A stretch of DNA of 64,000 nt from the human T2T-CHM13v2.0 reference genome, Homo sapiens: the NCBI RefSeq assembly GCF_009914755.1, contig NC_060943.1; one strand, 5' to 3'. Below the pieces are notes generated by a model. The model was not told the origin of the DNA. It searched no databases and worked only from the letters and a program-made list of their open reading frames with translations. Positions 24,630 to 38,814 of the stretch are shown here, piece after piece. The first letter of the stretch is position 1. Every line of letters begins with the position of its first letter. The position numbers and the translations under genes are program-made.

Positions 24630-25100
24630 CAATTCATTCATTCGTTCAACAACCACTTATTGAGCACCTACTATGTGCCAGGCACTGTTCTAGGTCCTGG
24701 GGATACAGCTGTGAAGAAAACAGACAAAATCCCTGCCCTCCTAGAGCTGACACTCTTTGGGATAGACAAACAATAAACAAGTGAATATATGACGTCGGGT
24801 GCAGATGAGCATAGGGAGCAAAGTAAAGAAGGGTAGGGGAAGAGAAAGTGAAGGGGTGCTGTTTCTCATAGGGTGGTCAAGAAGGCTTCTCTGATAAGAT
24901 GACGTTTGAGCAGAGATCTGAAGGAAGTGAGGAAGCCATGCAGATGTTCAGGGACGTCTTCCAGGTAGAGAAGAAAGCCAGTGCAAAGGCCCTGAGCCAG
25001 GCACCATGCTTGGCATCTGAGGAACTGAGAGGTGCGAAGATATGACTGGAGAAGAGTGACTGAGGAGGAGAGGAGTGGGAGGTGAGAACAGAGAGGTAAG
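24630..25100 (-). mobile_element. LINE L2 3' fragment in RTN2 intron 1
   Basis: TTCATTCATTC...TTATTGAGCACCTACTATGTGCCAGGCACTGTTCTAGG, typical L2 3' end. Confidence 0.8.
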
Positions 25101-26062
25101 GGCGGTGGGGAGAGACAGACGAGGTGGTCCTCCCTTTGTAATCTGAAGTTAACGACAAGATCATAGAATGTTGGGATGATACTCGAAAATGCTGAAATCA
25201 CCAATTCTTAGAATTTTGGCATCTGGACACGCGAGACATGGAAATGGCTAGATCTAAGGGTGTTGAAATCCCCAGCTGTCAGAACCCCCATGTGTGGGAC
25301 AGAGAACGGTAGACATGGACTGTTATAGCTGTGAGCTCAGAGATTGTGAGGATCAGGCTAGGCGTTTTCAGCTGGGAATCCAGCCCCTTAGAGCTAGTTC
25401 AGAGCTTTGCACATAGATGATGCTCAATGCGGTTTGGAAATTGAAATCTGACGCCCTGTGCCCTCACCTCGTTTCCTCAGCTGGGGAATAGGAGGCCTGG
25501 AATGGTGTGGGTCTTCCCCAGGATTACCATTAACCAGTGGTAAAGACCGCTAAGAACCCATGAGTCCTTGCCCCCAAACCACGGATGGCTGTTTTCCCGG
25601 GACAGGGTTGGACAGTTTGGGCGAGGTCGGGGCTGCCTCTTGGACAGAAAACGGGGATGGGATGCGAAGGCAAGTGATTGGGAGCCAGACCCCTGTTTTC
25701 CATCCTGGCTCTACCCTCCGTTCAACCCCCTCCCCGCCAGCTGCGGCCAGCACCAGAGCCAGGGGACAGCTCCCCGCGCGCGTCCTCGCTCCCGGGCGGG
25801 GCCGGGCGGTACGTCCCAGAGCGCAGCGCGCCCCCCGCCTGCTGTCTCAGTGCCCCCTCACCTCCGCCCTGTTTCGTCCAGGTCCTCCGGGTCAGGCTAC
25901 CCCCGTCGCCGCCAGAGCGCGGGGGAGGGGAGAGCTTCCTTTGTCTCCTATGCCTCCTCCCCCCATCCCGGCTCTCCTGCGGGCAAGCGCCGAGGGGACA
26001 CCGGGGAGTACCCCACCTGAACCTCTGGGGCCCACACCAGGCCCCAGTCTTCCTCTACTCAC

Positions 26063-26096
26063 TGCAGTGGGCGAAGACCGGCAGGACCTGCCCCAT
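26063..26096 (-). CDS. RTN2: RTN2 exon 1 coding part
   Basis: gccATGG Kozak context; MGQVLPVFAHC; donor GTGAGT. Confidence 0.95.
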
Positions 26097-26233
26097 GGCC
26101 CCCCTCGGGCCTGCATCGGGACCCCCGCCCACTCCGGCTGTGCCGCCCTGGGCCCGGGGTCGCGGGCGCTCATCTCCGCCGCGCCCACGACGCCGCTGCC
26201 ATTCTCGCCGCCTCCTCCTCCCGGGCTGCTCCA

Positions 26234-26263
26234 GCCGCCGCCGCCGCCGCCGCCGCCGCCGCC
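26234..26263 (-). repeat. (GGC)10 / CGG trinucleotide repeat upstream of the RTN2 ATG
   Basis: Ten perfect GCC units on the plus strand. Confidence 0.95.
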
Positions 26264-26961
26264 CTGGTGCTCGGCTCGGCGGGGGCGGGCGGGGCCGAGG
26301 TGGGGAAGGCACTGCAGCGCGCGGCCGGGGGCGGGGCCAGAAGACGGGCGGGGCGGTACCAGAGGGAGGGTGAGGGGCGGGGAAACGCCGAGGATCAGGC
26401 GGAGGGGCGTGGCCTTCTTACTAAAGGGGCGGAACCAAGAGGGTGGGCTACGGAGCCAGGAAGGAGGGGAAAGCGGCCTGAAGGGCGGGGCCTAGATCGC
26501 AGAGGGCGCAGCCTTTAGGGGAAGAGGGAAGGAGGCCTGGAGTCGGGCGAGGGACTTGGGAGAGGATGGTGAACGAGCCACGGCAGAGAGGATGAGAGCG
26601 TGGATCCCTGGGTGGGTTGGGGTGGTGCTCGGGGTGCCATTGAGGAGGGGGTGGAAAGATTCTAATGCTCTGAGGTAGGGTCCGAGCCTAGATTTGCAGA
26701 GGGAGCGAGAAAGGGGGCCGAATGAAACGATTCAGAAACTTTTGGGGCACGCGGAGGAGCTCAAACGTGGGCAGGGCTAAAGCAACAGGGAATTATTCAA
26801 ATATAACTGGGTGGGGTCGGATTCCAGGCGATTCCAGGTCTGCGAAAATTAGAAGGGTCTGGAGCTGTGTGCCTGAATCCTGGATGGGCGGGGCCTGGAA
26901 GAGAAAATAACCGAAGCCCCAGAGGGGAGGGGTCGAACTAAAAACAGTAAAGAAAAAAAAA

Positions 26962-26965
<4 letters not shown>

Positions 26966-27002
<37 letters not shown>
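26966..27002. repeat. (TA)n microsatellite at an Alu tail
   Basis: About 18 TA units. Confidence 0.9.
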
Positions 27003-27003
<1 letters not shown>

Positions 27004-27734
27004 CTTTTTGAGACAGGGTCTCGCTCTGTTGCCCAGGCTGGAGTGCAGTGATACGATCACGGCTCACTGCAGCCTCGACCTCCCGGGCTCAGGTGATCCT
27101 CCCACCTAAGCCTCCTGAGTAGCTGGGATCACAGGTGTGTTCCACCGCGCCTGGCTAAATGTTAATTTTTGTAGAGACGGGGTCTCGCTATGTTTCCCAG
27201 GCTGGTCTCAAACTCCTGGGCTTAAGCGATCCGCCTGCCTCGGCCTCCCTAAGTGCTGGGGTTATAGGCGTGAGCCACCGCGCCCGGCCAAGTATGGTAT
27301 TTACAGGTTTTGAGGCTGGGGGCTGTACCACTGAGGTGGGAGGAGCTTGGACTGAGTGTTGTGTTGAGAACACAGATTCTAGAATTAGTTTCCCTGGAAC
27401 ACCGGTTACTTCTGTGACTCTGTTTCTTCTTCCATATGTAAACTGGAGATGATGATGTATAACAGTGTGTGACACATTAGTACTATGTAATAGTTTGCCA
27501 CTGGTACAGTATTATCTTTTTTCTTTTTTTTTCCTGATTCAGATCCCAAACCCCGCTTTGTAGGTGCAGGAAACAGGAGACCCAGAAGTGTAATTCCTTC
27601 TAGTGACCCGCCTAAAGAGCAGGTCAAAGGACAGGAAGGAGATTTAGATGGTTTAAAATCTCACAGCGGAGGGGATTAATGGAGGGGGCGGGCAGGTGTA
27701 CAGGGTGGAGCCTTCCTGATCCCAGGGCTGAAGG

Positions 27735-28673
27735 ATGGCGGTCCTGGCCCGCCAGCTGCAGCGTCTCCTCTGGACCGCTTGCAAGAAAAAGGAGAGGGAG
27801 AAGGAGGGGAGGGAGGAAGAGGAGGAGGAGGAGGCGGGGCGCAGGGCCCCCGAAGGGCCTCGGTCTCTGTTGACAGCGCCGCGCCGCGCCCAGCGGCCGC
27901 ACGGGGGTGCCGAGGCGTCTGGGGGCCTGCGCTTCGGGGCGAGCGCAGCGCAAGGCTGGCGCGCGCGCATGGAGGATGCTCACTGCACTTGGCTTTCGTT
28001 ACCTGGTCTGCCCCCGGGCTGGGCCTTGTTTGCCGTCCTCGACGGCCACGGTGGGGCTCGAGCTGCCCGCTTCGGTGCACGCCATTTGCCAGGCCATGTG
28101 CTCCAGGAGCTGGGCCCGGAGCCTAGCGAGCCCGAGGGCGTGCGCGAGGCGCTGCGCCGAGCCTTCTTGAGCGCCGACGAGCGCCTGCGCTCCCTCTGGC
28201 CCCGCGTGGAAACGGGCGGCTGCACGGCCGTGGTGTTGCTGGTCTCCCCGCGGTTTCTGTACCTGGCGCACTGCGGTGACTCCCGCGCGGTGCTGAGCCG
28301 CGCTGGCGCCGTGGCCTTCAGCACAGAGGACCACCGGCCCCTTCGACCCCGGGAACGCGAGCGCATCCACGCCGCTGGCGGCACCATCCGCCGCCGCCGC
28401 GTCGAGGGCTCTCTGGCCGTGTCGCGAGCGTTGGGCGACTTTACCTACAAGGAGGCTCCGGGGAGGCCCCCCGAGCTACAGCTCGTTTCTGCGGAGCCAG
28501 AGGTGGCCGCACTGGCACGCCAGGCTGAGGACGAGTTCATGCTCCTGGCCTCTGATGGCGTCTGGGACACTGTGTCTGGTGCTGCCCTGGCGGGACTGGT
28601 GGCTTCACGCCTCCGCTTGGGCCTGGCCCCAGAGCTTCTCTGCGCGCAGCTGTTGGACACGTGTCTGTGCAAG
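27735..28673 (+). CDS. PPM1N: PPM1N exon 1 (PP2C-type phosphatase; CpG-island exon)
   Basis: Motifs QGWRARMEDAH, VLDGHGG, CGDSRA, LAVSRALGD, ASDGVWD; the 5 exons sum to 1293 nt = 430 aa plus stop. Confidence 0.95.
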
Positions 28674-29210
28674 GTCCTGGGGGCGTGGCGTGGTACCTTT
28701 GGGGCTTGGTGCAGCAGAGGGAGAGAGCCTCGGGGTTTTGGGGAGGAGGGCTTTGATAGAGAGGCAAGAGTAAAGCTAGCAAAGGAGGGGATAGGACTCA
28801 AGCGAAGGGCGTGGCCTGAAGTGGGCAGGGCCAAAATACAGGGGCGGAGCCTGAGGGATGCTTTGAGGCACGGGAGAGTTAGTGGAAGGGACTTAAGAGA
28901 AAGGGCGTGGTCTTTTGGAAAGGGGCGATTCTGGGTCGTAGGAGCCGGGCCGGAAGTATTGATTAGTGCTGGAAGGTGGAAGAGCAGGTAAACATCAGAG
29001 CGGGCGGAGCTTTAGGGAAAAGGCATTGTTCTCTCAATTGGGAGCGCCTAGGACCGGGTTTGGTCCCAGTAAGAGAGGATTGGCAGGTGGGTGGGACGCG
29101 AAAGAAATGGGCATAAGTAGAATGAAGTGGGGGACTTGAACCTGGGGATTGTTGGGAAGCTCTGCCTTGGACTCTCCCCCACCGGGCTCCTTTTTCTCCA
29201 CCGGCTTCAG

Positions 29211-29328
29211 GGCAGCCTGGACAACATGACCTGCATCCTGGTCTGCTTCCCTGGGGCCCCTAGGCCTTCTGAGGAGGCGATCAGGAGGGAGCTAGCACTG
29301 GACGCAGCCCTGGGCTGCAGAATCGCTG
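29211..29328 (+). CDS. PPM1N: PPM1N exon 2
   Basis: GSLDNMTCILVCF, carrying the last metal-binding Asp motif. Confidence 0.94.
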
Positions 29329-29388
29329 GTGAGCAGACTCTGGGGGCCCAGCTGGAGGGGTGGTTGGCCAGTGAAGGCTGTGCCATAA

Positions 29389-29520
<132 letters not shown>

Positions 29521-29717
29521 TGAGTAGCTGGGATTACAGGCATGCACAATCACACCCAGCTAATTTTTGTATTGTTAGTATAGACGGGGTTTCACGATGT
29601 TGTCCAGGCTGGTCTCGAACCCCTGGCCTCAAGTGATCCGCCCGCCTTGGTCTCCCAAAGTGCTGGGATTACAGGCGTGCGCCACTGTGCCCAGCCTAAC
29701 TCTTGACTCTTTCTCAG

Positions 29718-29823
29718 AACTGTGTGCCTCTGCTCAGAAGCCCCCCAGCCTGAACACAGTTTTCAGGACTCTGGCCTCAGAGGACATCCCAGATTTACCT
29801 CCTGGGGGAGGGCTGGACTGCAA
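29718..29823 (+). CDS. PPM1N: PPM1N exon 3
   Basis: LCASAQKPPSLNTVFRTLASEDIPDLPPGGGLDC, PP2C C-terminal domain. Confidence 0.93.
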
Positions 29824-29911
29824 GTGAGTTGGGGTGAGGAAGGGTGGGGTGGAATGAGGGTGGGGTGGAAGGAGGAGAGTCCCCTCCTGAGGGCCTTCCT
29901 GTGCTCTCCAG

Positions 29912-29972
29912 GGCCACTGTCATTGCTGAAGTTTATTCTCAGATCTGCCAGGTCTCAGAAGAGTGCGGAGAG
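29912..29972 (+). CDS. PPM1N: PPM1N exon 4
   Basis: ATVIAEVYSQICQVSEECGE; donor GTAAGG. Confidence 0.92.
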
Positions 29973-30164
29973 GTAAGGATCCTGTGTTCTCCAGTGTTTC
30001 TCTTAGGAGGGGACGCCCCCCCGCCCACCCCTCTTAGTGACAGGGAAATTGAAGCCAGTGAGGATAAGGGATTTGCCTGATATATTTTATTCCTCTTTTC
30101 TCTTCTTTCTTTCTCTTTTTTTCTTTTCTTCCTTCCTTTCTTTTCTCTCTCTCTTTTTTTTTAG

Positions 30165-30290
<126 letters not shown>

Positions 30291-30789
30291 TAATACATTC
30301 CTACTCCCAGCCCTGAAGCATTGTGCAAGGCATGAGGAGGGAGACGCAGATGCAGAGAAGAGACTGTGATTCCCCTCCAAGAAATGTGAGCCGGCAACGC
30401 TCTGCAGTGCCCCATCAGCCCAAGTGCTTCCCACATCCAAGAATAAGATGGAAACATTCAGGGAATGCTAATGACCAATTCTAAGGCCTAGACGCACAGC
30501 AGATACCATCAGGACATACATGAGTATGATCCAGGTCTTAGACAAGAGAAGCTGTAATGGGGCCCAGATAGCTAAGGAGAATTTGGAGATATCCAAAGAT
30601 GTATAGTGGTGGACCAAGGCATGGAGTGGCATCAGGGAAGAAATGGGAGGGAGGAAGCTGGGTTTAGAGCCCCAAGGCCTTTGCATGGCAGAGGTGGGAG
30701 TTTGGTGATTATCATGTTGATGAGGGAGGATTGTTGACAATTTCTCAGTAGCTGAAGGAGGTATTTGTCAGTTTTCTTTGAGTCGTGAG

Positions 30790-31200
30790 AGATGGAAGCC
30801 CAATTCAAGCTGGGAAAACAAAACAGGGAATTTACTGGGCCATGTAATTGAAGAGTTTAGAGTCTTAAGGCATGGCTGCATCTAGTTGTCAGATGATGTC
30901 ATCATGAATGGTCTCTTTTTATTTTCTCCGAGTTGGCTTCATTACCTTTCAGGGTCTCCTCCTAAGGTAGCGGAGACTTGCAGCTCCAGGCTTACACCCC
31001 AGCAGCCTGTCCTCCCCAGTGGAGAAAGTTTGCCAATTTCCCCGGAGTTGCAGCAGTGGTCTTTGGGGGCTGGTTCTCATTGGCCACACCAGGTCACATG
31101 CTGACCAGTCACTGTGTCTGATTGGCCAGGCTGGGGTCGCACTTGGGGTTGGGGTCCACTCCATTCAAACCTTAATGGATTGTGAGATGGGATATGGTGG
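30790..31200. mobile_element. MLT1-like MaLR LTR remnant in PPM1N intron 4
   Basis: GGGAATTTACTGG...CATGTAATTGAA and GATTGGCCAGGCTGGGGTC motifs. Confidence 0.5.
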
Positions 31201-31278
31201 TCCCTCAAAGGAAAAGGAAGAGGTGCCAGGAGACAAGACAGAATTTCTCATTACCTTCTCCCACATTTTGTGTTACAG

Positions 31279-31347
31279 AAGGGGCAGGATGGGGCTGGGA
31301 AGTCCAACCCCACGCATTTGGGCTCAGCCTTGGACATGGAGGCCTGA
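31279..31347 (+). CDS. PPM1N: PPM1N exon 5 coding part
   Basis: KGQDGAGKSNPTHLGSALDMEA*; acceptor ttacag. Confidence 0.88.
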   Translation, partial: KGQDGAGKSNPTHLGSALDMEA

Positions 31348-31724
31348 CAGCTGTTGTCCTTTGGGGATCCTTTGCTTCTCTGGGGCCTCAACAGAACTAA
31401 AGAAGAAAACCGACCCTTTCCCCAACTACATGTACCAGCGGAAGGAAGGAAGGCCAATGTAGGAACCCAAAATGCTTATTTCTTCTTCTCTTACTTCCCT
31501 CTCACAGAAAAGTCTTACGAATGGGGAAATTCCACCAACATCCAGACCAAAAAGAAAAAAGCCCAAATCGAAAAAAAAAAAAAAAAAAAAAAAAAAAACA
31601 AAAAAACCCAACCAAATGTTTTTGAAATATTCAGAGCCGAACAGATTCTGAGAGATAACCCAGTCCAATAACCTCTTTCCTTCTTATTACTCATCTGTTT
31701 TTGAGGGGAAGTAGAGTTTTGATT

Positions 31725-31730
31725 ATTAAA
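31725..31730 (+). terminator. PPM1N: PPM1N polyadenylation signal ATTAAA
   Basis: Variant hexamer about 380 nt after the stop. Confidence 0.6.
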
Positions 31731-31951
31731 CTTTATTTACATAAGTGATTCCAAATACATTTTCTTGTAAAAAACAAGAAGACATGTTTTGCCTAGTCTG
31801 TTAGCAAATACGTTACAGGGCACCTGCTGTGTGCCAGGTCTTAGCCTCACAGTCATGAACCAGGCTGACCCACCAAGATCCTTGCCACTGTGGGGCTGAC
31901 CTCTTGGTCAGGAGACGCAGCAAACAAGGGAATCAATAAATAAAGTCATCT

Positions 31952-35375
<3,424 letters not shown>

Positions 35376-35779
35376 AATTTAGTCTACCCATTCTCCCAGA
35401 CAACTCAGCCTGAGGAAACACACTGAGAAACAATGATAACCTCCGAGGAACAGGGTTCAAGGTCTCCCAGAGTGGGGTGGAGAAGGGGAGGGGAATTAAT
35501 GTCAAAGCTTGGCCTGGAAGGATGACGTGCTCCCCAGGTAAAGGAGGTCAGGACAACATCAACATCCGGACATGGGACTCGGCTTGGACATACGCTGGAA
35601 AAGTGGATTCTCTCACATAGTCAGCTGGCCCTGAGAATTGTTGGTTTTACACTCAGACCTTGGTGGCTTTCCGGGTTCTGGGGGCTCAGGCAAGAGGGCC
35701 ATAGGCCAGATTCATTCCCTGTCTCCAGGCCTCAGTTTACCCGTGTGTAAATGTGGAACTAACTGATTTCCCAGGGCTC

Positions 35780-37240
35780 GGGCGCCTCACCCGGGCCAGG
35801 TGGCGCTCTACCCAAGGGGCGCGACCAAATCAGTGACGTCACTCGGGGCGGGGCCGGCAAGACACGCTGCGGAAGCCTCAGAGGGTGTCTGGGCTCAGCC
35901 CGGAGCCGGCGTGTGGGGGCGGGGGCTCCCGGGAGGGTCTCCTCACCTCCGGGCCCTCCTGAGGGCTGGGATGATCCTGCTGTCCTCCGCAGGCGAAACT
36001 GAGTCAGAGCGGGGCGTGCGTGGGCCGGAGGCTTTACACACCAAAGAAGCCGGCGCCTCCTGCCCACCCCGGGCGAATGCCGGGCCCCCCACTCCCGCAC
36101 TCCTCGCCAGTCCCCACCTCCACCCCACCCCACCCCCGACCCTGCGGCTGTGAGTCAGCGACCGACCGCGCCCCCTTGGCCCACTTCCTCCTCACCTTCC
36201 CGGGGCGGGCGGGGTGGGGTGAGAGGGGTTGGGCCCTACTCCCCCGACTTCCACTCCCGTGCGGGTGGGGGTCTCGCCCCCTTAGTAACCTCTCCGAAAT
36301 TGACAGAAGAGAAACGCTGGGGAGGGGCGGTGTTCCGAAGATGGGATTTCAGGGAGAAAATCTGAGACCACTTGCTTAACTTGAGGGTCCTCCTCGACCC
36401 CCAAAATTGAGCGGAGTACGAGATGGAGAAGTCGATGGGGAAAGAAATCGCGCCCCTTCCGAGACCCTCCTCAGAATTCCCACAGTGGGAGCGAACTAGG
36501 AAGCAAGGGAGGTCCCCTTCCCCTTCACCAACTTGCCCCTCAGGTGGGGGTGATTCCCAGGGTGCACCCCTGGGCTACAACATTGGGGAGAGGAGCGAGA
36601 TCGCGGAAGCCGAGGGTGCAGAGTTGCCCTTTTAAGCGCCCTCCACCCCCTCGCCTGGAGGCGCACGCGGCCCCTTTAAGGCGCGGGGCATTGTGGGTGC
36701 GGGGAGTGGAATTTTGGAACGAAATGTAACGAAGAGAAGTACAGTAGTAAGAGTAACACTGTAGCCGCCACCGGCAAGGGGTGCGCGCTGGGGAGCGGAC
36801 GCTGCATCCCCTTTCTGCTGCAGGAACCTCTCATCAGACCGCCTGAGGGAAGCGGCGCCCGGAGACCCGCCCCGGCCCGGTCCACATTCTCCCCAGGAAG
36901 CCGGACTCTATGGGGCGGGACCCTGGGGGAGCCTGAGCCGAGCCCGGAGCCAGCCCCGAACCCCTGAACCTCCAGCCAGGGGCGCCCCGGGAGCAGCCAG
37001 CCCGTGGGCGAGCCGCCCGCCCGCCGAGCAGCCATGAGGTGAGCCGGACCTGCCCCCCGACCCGTCCCCGCCCGGGCGGGCTCCGCGCCCCGCCTTTGTC
37101 CCCCTCCCCCCCAGCTAGCTCCGGGCTGGAATTTGGGGACAGATCCTTGGGAGCCTCGGATTTGAGCTGAATCCCCTTGGACGCGCCCCAGAACCGTCGA
37201 TCACTTCTCCACGACTGACTCCCCAAGCTCGGGGGGTGGT
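35780..37240 (+). promoter_or_regulatory. VASP CpG-island promoter and 5'UTR
   Basis: CpG-rich; GC boxes; CRE at 35834-35841; AP-1 sites at 36000-36006 and 36151-36157. Confidence 0.85.
37034..37038 (+). CDS. VASP: VASP exon 1 coding part (ATG AG)
   Basis: gccATGAG|GTGAGC; the 13 exons sum to 1143 nt = 380 aa plus stop. Confidence 0.92.
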
Positions 37241-38780
37241 GGCGGTGAGGTTCTCCTGGGAGCCCTCAAGATTTGGGGGCGCTCGGAGGACTCCCGAATT
37301 GTTAAGACTTTTTTTAGAGGACCTCAAAGTTGGCAGCGACTCCCCGCAGGGATGCCAGGATTGAGGCAGGGCTCAGACTCTCCTCCCCCTCCCCCCAGAC
37401 TTCAGCTCGAGGTCCGGGAAGGATTGTGGGGGACCGATTTGGGATACCCTGGGACTTGGAAGAGAGACTGAGACTCAGACCCTGGGTGTGCAGGTCCCCC
37501 GTTTACTTGGTGCTGGAAAAAGTCTCCCCAAGTGGGACCGCGCTCCATAACTTCGGGGGTACTTCTTAATCCCCTGGATTTTGGGGGTCACTTAGGTCTT
37601 CCTGTGGAGGAGGCTGGTGTGAACCGATCCAGGGACCTGGACGCAGCCTCCAGAGTCTGGTGGGACCCCCCCCTTCCCCGTCGCTCCGCACACAATCTGC
37701 TTAACTGGCCGTGCCTAGGACCGAGCGGGCGCTCGGAGCAGAGGGCGGCTCCCCGCCTCGGGCCATAAGGGCGGCCCGGCTCCCCCACCTGCGCGGCCCT
37801 GGGGAGGGAGGGGGCGCGGCAGCTGGGGGAAGGGGCCTTTGTCTTCCTGACTCACCTGTCGAGACAGCTGGTGTGGGGGGCGGGCACCAAGCGCTGTAGG
37901 CCGGCTGCCTTCCCCACCACGGCCCCTCCCCCTTTGCTCACCGTCCCCCTATCCACCCGGAGCCTTGGGGTTGGAGGAGGGGGAGCTGGAAAGCTTCAAG
38001 GTCATAGCCCTCTTCCCTAGGGACCCAGGCTTCCCAGATAATTCCAGCTATCTTCCCAGGAATTTAATCCTGGGGGTGGCGGCCCAAGGGACCCAGGGAT
38101 TTGGTCTGGCCGGGGCCTCCCCCGAACTCCTGGGCTCACCTGAGGGCGGGGCCAGTGTGGGCAGGGGGGCCCAACCATCCCCCCTATTCTTCCCTCCCCT
38201 GGCCCCCCATAATCTCTCCCATGGGGCCAGAGCCTGACAATACTATCTCCCTTCCTCTACTCTCTCTGGGACTTCCTGCCCCAAAGCCCCCAGCCTGAGC
38301 AGGGAGGCCCCTGGGGACGGTTGGGGATTAACCCCGTGGTGCCCACATCCCCCGCATTTCCTGAACCCCTGCCCTTTGACATCGGAGTGGCGTGGCATTC
38401 CTTTTTATGACCACTAGAGAATCCCCCTCCCGCGTTTGTTCCTTCTGATGTGAAAGGCATGGCTGGAAAATTTGGAGCAAGGAGGACACCCACAGATACC
38501 CTCAAGACTTCCTGCCTATCCGCTCCCCATTATAGCAACATCCCTTCCAAGTCCGCCCTGGAGAGGGGTCAGTTTAGGGAGCGTCGCTCTCTTCCTTCGC
38601 CCTCTTCCTCCGGGACTCTTCTCTCCCCTTGCCCCCCAGCCCCGCCCCTCCACCCCCCCCTCGCGTTTCCGGTCCCAGGCTCGGTGGAAGGCGGATGGCG
38701 GATGTCCGAGTTAGTGCTGCCTCACTCACTGCAACCGTAAAAGGGCAGGAGCGGTGTCTGGGCCGGCCCCCTGTCCTCCC

Positions 38781-38814
38781 CACCACCACCACCACCACCA
38801 CCACCAGCACCAGC
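38781..38814 (+). repeat. (CAC)8 plus degenerate units in VASP intron 1
   Basis: Visible trinucleotide repeat. Confidence 0.9.

Larger units (their letters stand above)
25730..26530. promoter_or_regulatory. CpG island / RTN2 promoter with GC boxes
   Basis: Dense CpG and repeated GGGGCGGGG motifs around exon 1. Confidence 0.85.

Noticed and set aside
25560-26495. 311-aa and 231-aa plus-strand Pro/Arg/Gly-rich ORFs
   Set aside because: Stop-poor CpG island antisense to RTN2 exon 1; no recognisable domain
36673-36681. CCTTTAAGG as a CArG box in the VASP promoter
   Set aside because: Only five A/T bases between CC and GG; the consensus needs six
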